Source: a virus (taxonomy: Duplodnaviria > Caudoviricetes). From it: 52,615 nucleotides of DNA. Positions 47,499-52,615 of the stretch are shown here, in pieces. The notes beneath the pieces are model-generated. The model had not been told where the DNA came from. It saw only the letters and a program-made list of their open reading frames with translations, and searched no databases. Within the stretch, counting starts at the first letter, position 1; the number at the start of each line of letters is the position of its first letter. The position numbers and the translations under genes were made by a program. The DNA is taken from positions 1 to 52,615 of the IMG/VR virus record IMGVR_UViG_3300025115_000016; one strand, written 5' to 3'.

Positions 47499-48817
47499 AG
47501 CGGATAGGCGTTGATGGTCTTCATGTATCCGACGAATTCTTCGATGATTGCAGTCTGCATCTCCCTGGTCTTATCTGTGGTGCTGTATTTCAGGTGTATG
47601 TACTCTTCGATGATGGTAGCGACCATTTCGTTGACTCCTTTGTTCTCCAATATCTCGGACAAATAGATCGACATGTCGTCCTCATTGGCAAATCCATACA
47701 GATCCGACTTCGGAGAATTGAAGAACTTGATTGGATACGAGATGTGGGGAAATTTGCATTCCTGAAGAAAGTGCATCGCGTTCTTGAGCATTGCCTTCAT
47801 TAGCGGCGTTCCTTCGACAACCTTGTAGGCAAATTCTCCCTTTCTCTTGATCGTTCTGAACGGCGTGTTTTCTTCCGGTATCCACTTTGCATTGTAGAAT
47901 TCGTCGAATATCGAAGTGTCCAGGAAGCAGTACATCTTCACTTCGTCTTCGTCCATTTGGCTGAGCATTGAGCGTGGGGCAAGTTTATAGGTTGAAAGGA
48001 GTTCCCTGAATTCCTTCGAAGCATATAGCGTCAGGTTTGAATACGACGTTATTGTCGGGACATCCGTTTCCACGGTTCTTCCCCACATCTGATAAGAATG
48101 ATCGAGGAAGAGTTTCTGCAACACCTCTTTTGAAGTGCAACTCACGAGCAGTTCCCATATATGCTGACCGATCTTCCACGAGTACATCACTCTTCGATTT
48201 TCATCCAGCGTCGCATCAGGAATATCGTAATCAAACATGCTCTTAATGTGTCCGTCGAAACATCTGATGCCCTTGCGATATAGATTGACGGTATCGGTGA
48301 TCTTGGGATATATCTTTCCGTGTATGCCTTCGAACAGAGGTTTGCGCCTCTCATTGAAGTACAGGTCGAATTTTTCGAACATGGTGTACAGCGGATCATT
48401 CTCCTTGAGTTCAATGTACACGTAAGTTTTTCCCACATACGGCTTGATTTCGTTGGTCATCTGTATCAGAGCGCCCCCTTCGTCGATTGCATTGGAGTAC
48501 AGTTCTCTAACCGCTTCCCACAACTGCCAGTTCGGTCCCATGTCCGTGGTCAGCGACGTCTCCTTGCCGTCAACGGTGATCATGTTGAACGACCTGTCCT
48601 TGAACACAACCTCTTTCGTTCCCACTTCGATCTCTTTTCCGTCGCTGAATATTCTGATCTTGTATCCATTGCGTATGAAGTATGCCAATGCGTATTTGTT
48701 TCCGCTTCCGAACATTCCGATCTTCGTTGCATCGCCCCGCTTGGTGGACGCGCCCATGAGCGTCAATGCTCCTGATTCGATCGCACCCTCGTTGACGACA
48801 CAAAGGTATTTATGCAT
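47495..48817 (-). CDS. GHKL-type ATPase with permuted motif order
   Basis: STK...IGMFGSGNKYAL precedes AVRELYSNAID; C-terminal TIIEEYIH. Likely start MHKYL at 48817. Confidence 0.75.
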   Translation of the reverse strand: MHKYLCVVNEGAIESGALTLMGASTKRGDATKIGMFGSGNKYALAYFIRNGYKIRIFSDGKEIEVGTKEVVFKDRSFNMITVDGKETSLTTDMGPNWQLWEAVRELYSNAIDEGGALIQMTNEIKPYVGKTYVYIELKENDPLYTMFEKFDLYFNERRKPLFEGIHGKIYPKITDTVNLYRKGIRCFDGHIKSMFDYDIPDATLDENRRVMYSWKIGQHIWELLVSCTSKEVLQKLFLDHSYQMWGRTVETDVPTITSYSNLTLYASKEFRELLSTYKLAPRSMLSQMDEDEVKMYCFLDTSIFDEFYNAKWIPEENTPFRTIKRKGEFAYKVVEGTPLMKAMLKNAMHFLQECKFPHISYPIKFFNSPKSDLYGFANEDDMSIYLSEILENKGVNEMVATIIEEYIHLKYSTTDKTREMQTAIIEEFVGYMKTINAYPL

Positions 48818-48996
48818 CGTTAAAGCATCTGCCTTGCTGAATGAATTTTCCGTATAAGATGTCATTGAAATATTTCCTCATTGATTGGTATGTTGTGGAA
48901 GAATCGTCGACAAGCGAATGATCGATCAGTCTTCCGTTTTCTGTTAGTGTAAGGTGGTGACGCGATATAATCAGCGGATTCAAGACGAATATTACT

Positions 48997-49278
48997 TCAA
49001 TCTCTTTGTTCGTCGACAGGATCTTCCGGATACTCGTCTGGGTTAAAGGTGTCCTCGGGGAATTCGCAGTCGCACCCGCATTTCCCGCATTTTGAGCAGG
49101 AGAGGTACTGTTTTGCTTCTTCAATTTCTCTGTCATATTGTTCCTGAGTTATATAAAGACAATAATCCCCACAACGGGAGCATAGACCGAGATCTTCGTC
49201 ATCGCAGTCCACGCCCCCATGGGGATCCATGTGTGGCTTTGCTCCTGCGCCACAGCAGTTACTTACGTTTCTTGACAT
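48997..49278 (-). CDS. Cys-rich zinc-finger-like protein
   Basis: SNCCGA...CSRCGDYC...CSKCGKCGCDC. Confidence 0.65.
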   Translation of the reverse strand: MSRNVSNCCGAGAKPHMDPHGGVDCDDEDLGLCSRCGDYCLYITQEQYDREIEEAKQYLSCSKCGKCGCDCEFPEDTFNPDEYPEDPVDEQRD

Positions 49279-49508
49279 TGTGCTTCCTTTTGTTTTTCCC
49301 ACCATGCCTCATTCATTGCTTTGCTGCTTTGGTAAAAATTCACCTTCAGTTTGTTGAATTGAGAATATGTCAATGATTTACTTCCATAGGGAGAGCCATC
49401 TATCCAACTAAAATAAAACAGTTGAACACTATGTTTTAAGAATTCAATTCGGCATTGATTTTCAATGTTTCCATTCTCATCCATTATATGTGCAAATGGC
49501 ATTGTCAT
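49263..49508 (-). CDS. Hypothetical protein
   Basis: AT-rich ORF with AAGGA RBS. Confidence 0.55.
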   Translation of the reverse strand: MTMPFAHIMDENGNIENQCRIEFLKHSVQLFYFSWIDGSPYGSKSLTYSQFNKLKVNFYQSSKAMNEAWWEKQKEAQCQET

Positions 49509-49527
49509 AATTATGTTCCTTTTGTGA

Positions 49528-50046
49528 TTATAGATTGCTTCGTCTTGCCCACTCAGCGATGAGTATTCCGTCCATGTCCGCGTGCCTTCCGATTGCCTGC
49601 GGAAACAGACGGCTTCCTACTTCCCTGGAAGCAAGTTTCAGTTGATCTGCTCCTTTGAGTCCTTTGGGAAGAAGCAACTTCTGCCAGGACTTCGAGTCGC
49701 AGTATTCGTACGCATATCCAAGATCTTCAATCGCAATGAGTGTTGCTTCCAACGCGGCAGACGCCGAGATCGACGCCTGAAAGCGGAACGAGTTGATCAT
49801 CGGTCGTTCGAGCAGCACCTTGACCTCAAGTTGCTGGAAGTCCGGAACGTCAAAGTTGATCGCCTTGCCGAGGACAGCAACAAGTTTCGGAAAGTCAACC
49901 CTCGTTCTATAACGAACGAGAGTCTTCGTATAAGACAGTTTACTGACCGTGGGCATGCTTGCGAAGTGAATGAGAGTTCCCTTGTCGGTAAGCATCCCTA
50001 TTGAGCCGGTAACACCATTGTCAATTCCGATATAGACTTTATTCAT
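49528..50046 (-). CDS. RuvC-like Holliday junction resolvase
   Basis: YIGIDNG.TG, LLERP, KSWQK, DGILIA. Start MNKVY. Confidence 0.85.
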   Translation of the reverse strand: MNKVYIGIDNGVTGSIGMLTDKGTLIHFASMPTVSKLSYTKTLVRYRTRVDFPKLVAVLGKAINFDVPDFQQLEVKVLLERPMINSFRFQASISASAALEATLIAIEDLGYAYEYCDSKSWQKLLLPKGLKGADQLKLASREVGSRLFPQAIGRHADMDGILIAEWARRSNL

Positions 50047-50521
50047 ATGTTTCTTTTGCTTCAATTGCTTTGTATTTTGTATTCCAGCATTCATTACAAT
50101 AAACGCCCGCAAAATATCGCTGAGTGTTTATCAAACGATACTCTTGTTGTTTTCCGCATCCGGAACAATTGATGAATCCTCGGGTAAAGTCTTCCGTCGT
50201 CTTTGCCAAGAGATGATAATTTTCATCTGTCAATCTTTCGTCTCTGATGTCTTGCGAAAGAGATACAATAGCCGTATTACCGGCTGCATTCCACAACGTG
50301 ATCAACCACTCGGTTGAAGAACAATAATTTACACTGAAGCAAAATATATCTCCAAAGAGATTAGACCACTTCAGTATTGAATTATCCCAAGTATATCCTG
50401 TTGCCTTCTTGAGTTTCTTTCTGATTTCATTGTAAGAATCTTCTTCGGGGCTGCCGTCAATAAACCATTTCAATGGTCTAAGCATAACTTCTTGCTGTTC
50501 GATAATTAGTGCTGGTTTCAT
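50039..50521 (-). CDS. Hypothetical protein with C-terminal Zn finger
   Basis: CSGC...CNEC. Confidence 0.65.
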   Translation of the reverse strand: MKPALIIEQQEVMLRPLKWFIDGSPEEDSYNEIRKKLKKATGYTWDNSILKWSNLFGDIFCFSVNYCSSTEWLITLWNAAGNTAIVSLSQDIRDERLTDENYHLLAKTTEDFTRGFINCSGCGKQQEYRLINTQRYFAGVYCNECWNTKYKAIEAKETYE

Positions 50522-51348
50522 ACGTCCTTTCCTTTCTGAAGTATTTTGAATTGTTTTTCGTTGAAACAAACTCCGACCAGTTTATTCCTCTTTAGGAACT
50601 TCGCATATCGTTTTACGAATTCCACCACCTTTTCTTCTTCGATGTTCCTGGTCAATCGCATCATCGGACCTTCTTTGTGAGTGTGTTCTGAGAAAAGCAG
50701 ATTGCAACCTTTCATTCCACACAACGGCCCATGCTGTCTTTCCATCCTTTCTATTTCGTATTCAGACAGCATTCCGCTGTCAGAATATTTAAGATGTTTA
50801 CCTGTTATCATGTACAGATGAGGATCAAATTCATACGATTGAATGGCTTCAAAGATCAAGCCGTAGGTTTCTTCAACTTTCGTTCTCTTGAAGAAGTTCA
50901 TAATGAATTCTTCTTTCGAACCCTTCGGCCACTCCATGAACTGCTCATAGACATCCCAACTTATTCTATCTCCCTTGGGGAACAATCCTGAAACTTCCAT
51001 TCGGTCTTCCCTGGTGGCAATTTCCTGATTGCATACGTTCTCGATCTTCCAGCCGATGCCTATCCATTCAAACTTATCAAGACCGTCTCTTTTCTCTTTC
51101 CCTGGTTTCAGATCCGTATAGTCGTGACACAATTTCCCAATGCGAAAGAGCTGTTCCGTGCTGAGTTGTTCGAGAAGTTCTGCTTCCGGTTTGTCGATCT
51201 TGATGTTGAGGTTGTGTTCTTGATGCTTGTCTTTGAGTGATACTGCCAATAAGGTAACGATGGTTCGTTCTGTTTCAGTGAACTTTGCTATTTTTGGCAC
51301 GACAAACTCTTTCCATGCCCGTTCATAGTTGAATTCTTTACTGCTCAT
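50518..51348 (-). CDS. Hypothetical protein
   Basis: Coupled ORF; H...H...CGMKGC...H cluster. Confidence 0.7.
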   Translation of the reverse strand: MSSKEFNYERAWKEFVVPKIAKFTETERTIVTLLAVSLKDKHQEHNLNIKIDKPEAELLEQLSTEQLFRIGKLCHDYTDLKPGKEKRDGLDKFEWIGIGWKIENVCNQEIATREDRMEVSGLFPKGDRISWDVYEQFMEWPKGSKEEFIMNFFKRTKVEETYGLIFEAIQSYEFDPHLYMITGKHLKYSDSGMLSEYEIERMERQHGPLCGMKGCNLLFSEHTHKEGPMMRLTRNIEEEKVVEFVKRYAKFLKRNKLVGVCFNEKQFKILQKGKDV

Positions 51349-51683
51349 ATTTTCCTTTCTGTTGATTTGTATGCATCGTAGAGTTCAAATGGATAGTAGT
51401 AAACGGGTTTCCCTATCTTCTTCGCAAACTCAACCTCCTTGTCTGCTCCGCTGCTTTCGCCGTCAAGACGAAGAACGCAGTCACATACCTTTATCCATTC
51501 CAAATCTATTTCCAGCCATTGTTGATACGGCCTTGGATGCACCATGTGTTGAAAGTGGCTGTACAGAGGTGCGAACGGCGCAAATCCCTTCTCCATCAAT
51601 CTGTCAGCCATGTCGATCTGCCTCTTTACGTTGACAGCAACGTCCCCGATCGTGTATGGGCTTGCTATGTAAACTTTAATCAT
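51345..51683 (-). CDS. Nucleoside 2-deoxyribosyltransferase-fold protein (DUF1937/DUF4406-like)
   Basis: VYIASPY...CD.V..L.GESSGA..EV.FA...GKPV. Confidence 0.8.
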   Translation of the reverse strand: MIKVYIASPYTIGDVAVNVKRQIDMADRLMEKGFAPFAPLYSHFQHMVHPRPYQQWLEIDLEWIKVCDCVLRLDGESSGADKEVEFAKKIGKPVYYYPFELYDAYKSTERKI

Positions 51684-51747
51684 TCCACTCTCTCGTATAT
51701 TGTAATTGTGCCTGCTATCTGTCCATAGAGGATCCTTATGCCCAGAC

Positions 51748-52615
51748 TCAACGAATGAGTCCCGTTGCCGGGTTCGTCTTGCCCGAAGACGACAAAGATC
51801 GCAATTGACCGCCAGAGGAGATCAAGACTTGCTCCGGTCGGTCCGTAGTAGAAGTTGACGATTCGTCGTTTGATAGTGTTCCTTCCTTTCTCAGCGGTGT
51901 GAATTTGAATGTTGTTTCTGCCTCATAGTTCATCCACACTTCGAACGGAGACTCGTCTCTTGCCTTCGCGCTCGCAATCTTCCTCAAGGGCTTTTTGATG
52001 TCTCCCTCGAAGACGATGACCTTATCGGACTGATCCTCAACCGCCTTGGCTCCTTTGCCTGAGTGCATGTTGAGCGCCTTTCTCTTTCCCATCGGGTCCT
52101 GCGCCGCATGTTTCGAAACGTGGTGAACGACGATGTTGGCAAGTTTATATTTCTTGGCGATGCGTTTCATTTCGTGAGCAAGGAATTCTGTTCGAGGGGT
52201 AATCTCGGTGATTCCGGGGGTTGTAAAACATTCCAGCGTGTCGATGATAACGATGTCGTAGATCTCAGATGATAAGACGTGTTCCAATGCATGCGTTGTC
52301 ATTCTTTCGGAGACCATCTTAATATGTTCAATCTTGCCCGTCAGGTTCGACGGACTCTTCGTTTGATAGTGCTCCATTACTTCGCTCTTGGTCATGTCGT
52401 TGGCGATCTGCACAAAGCGTCTGTACATGAGGATCTCGCCTATTTCAAAGTTCAGGTAGAGTATTTTTCGTTCGGGGTATGCAACGGCGATGTTCTGCAC
52501 AAGGGCGCTCTTCCCAAGCCCGGTGTCTCCAAGTATTGTCACAAATTCTTCCCGGTAGACGTAGAAATTTTCCTCCAGCGGAAGGACCTTCTTCATATCC
52601 AGGAGAATGTTCTTT
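51748..52615 (-). CDS. C-terminal RecA-fold (SF4/DnaB-like) helicase domain of the primase-helicase
   Basis: Walker A GDTGLGKS, LYLNFE, Walker B IVIIDT, VHHVSK, KAR. In frame with 1..1177. Confidence 0.85.
   Translation of the reverse strand, partial: KNILLDMKKVLPLEENFYVYREEFVTILGDTGLGKSALVQNIAVAYPERKILYLNFEIGEILMYRRFVQIANDMTKSEVMEHYQTKSPSNLTGKIEHIKMVSERMTTHALEHVLSSEIYDIVIIDTLECFTTPGITEITPRTEFLAHEMKRIAKKYKLANIVVHHVSKHAAQDPMGKRKALNMHSGKGAKAVEDQSDKVIVFEGDIKKPLRKIASAKARDESPFEVWMNYEAETTFKFTPLRKEGTLSNDESSTSTTDRPEQVLISSGGQLRSLSSSGKTNPATGLIR
52485..52615. repeat. Terminal direct repeat, right copy
   Basis: Copy of 1-131. Confidence 0.95.

Larger units (their letters stand above)
1..52615. mobile_element. 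Complete circularly permuted podovirus-like phage genome (about 52.5 kb)
   Basis: Terminal overlap that joins one gene in frame. Terminase, portal, capsid, tail, lysis and ejection genes on +; replication and early genes on -. No host housekeeping genes. Confidence 0.95.

Noticed and set aside
48810-49136. 108-aa ORF as listed
   Set aside because: The 3' half may be a real small gene coupled to the GHKL start, but the listed start overlaps the Cys-rich gene by 140 nt and I could not place a credible start.

Overview
This window is an apparently complete, circularly permuted genome (about 52,484 bp after removing a 131-bp terminal overlap) of a short-tailed (podovirus-type) dsDNA phage. It has two divergent arms. 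The leftward arm (8905 down to 1, continuing 52484 down to 45135) holds short early genes, an AAA_24 ATPase, an SSB-like protein, an AEP primase/PriL-like Cys domain/SF4 helicase fusion that spans the window junction, a RuvC-like resolvase, a motif-permuted GHKL ATPase and a ParB-domain protein. The rightward arm (9401-45087) holds terminase, portal, scaffold, major capsid, adaptors, fibres, a lysis cassette, a tail nozzle and three ejection proteins. The last ejection protein is about 3090 aa and carries the catalytic motifs of a single-chain double-psi-beta-barrel RNA polymerase, as in crAss-like virion RNAPs. No DNA polymerase, integrase, tRNA or CRISPR array was recognised. Four TTGACW-N17/18-TAnnTTTG promoters, signal peptides followed by Gln, and strong Shine-Dalgarno use point to an FCB-group host, probably outside Bacteroidia (e.g. 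Ignavibacteria-like; inference). Standout observations: (1) three proteins in the structural operon carry Sec signal peptides; (2) the giant fibre's C-terminus is an in-frame array of unrelated modules separated by five identical 15-bp DNA linkers; (3) a 262-nt tract contains only one C; (4) the small genome encodes a putative virion RNAP but no DNA polymerase. All protein calls come from reading motifs and gene order by eye, not from database searches.
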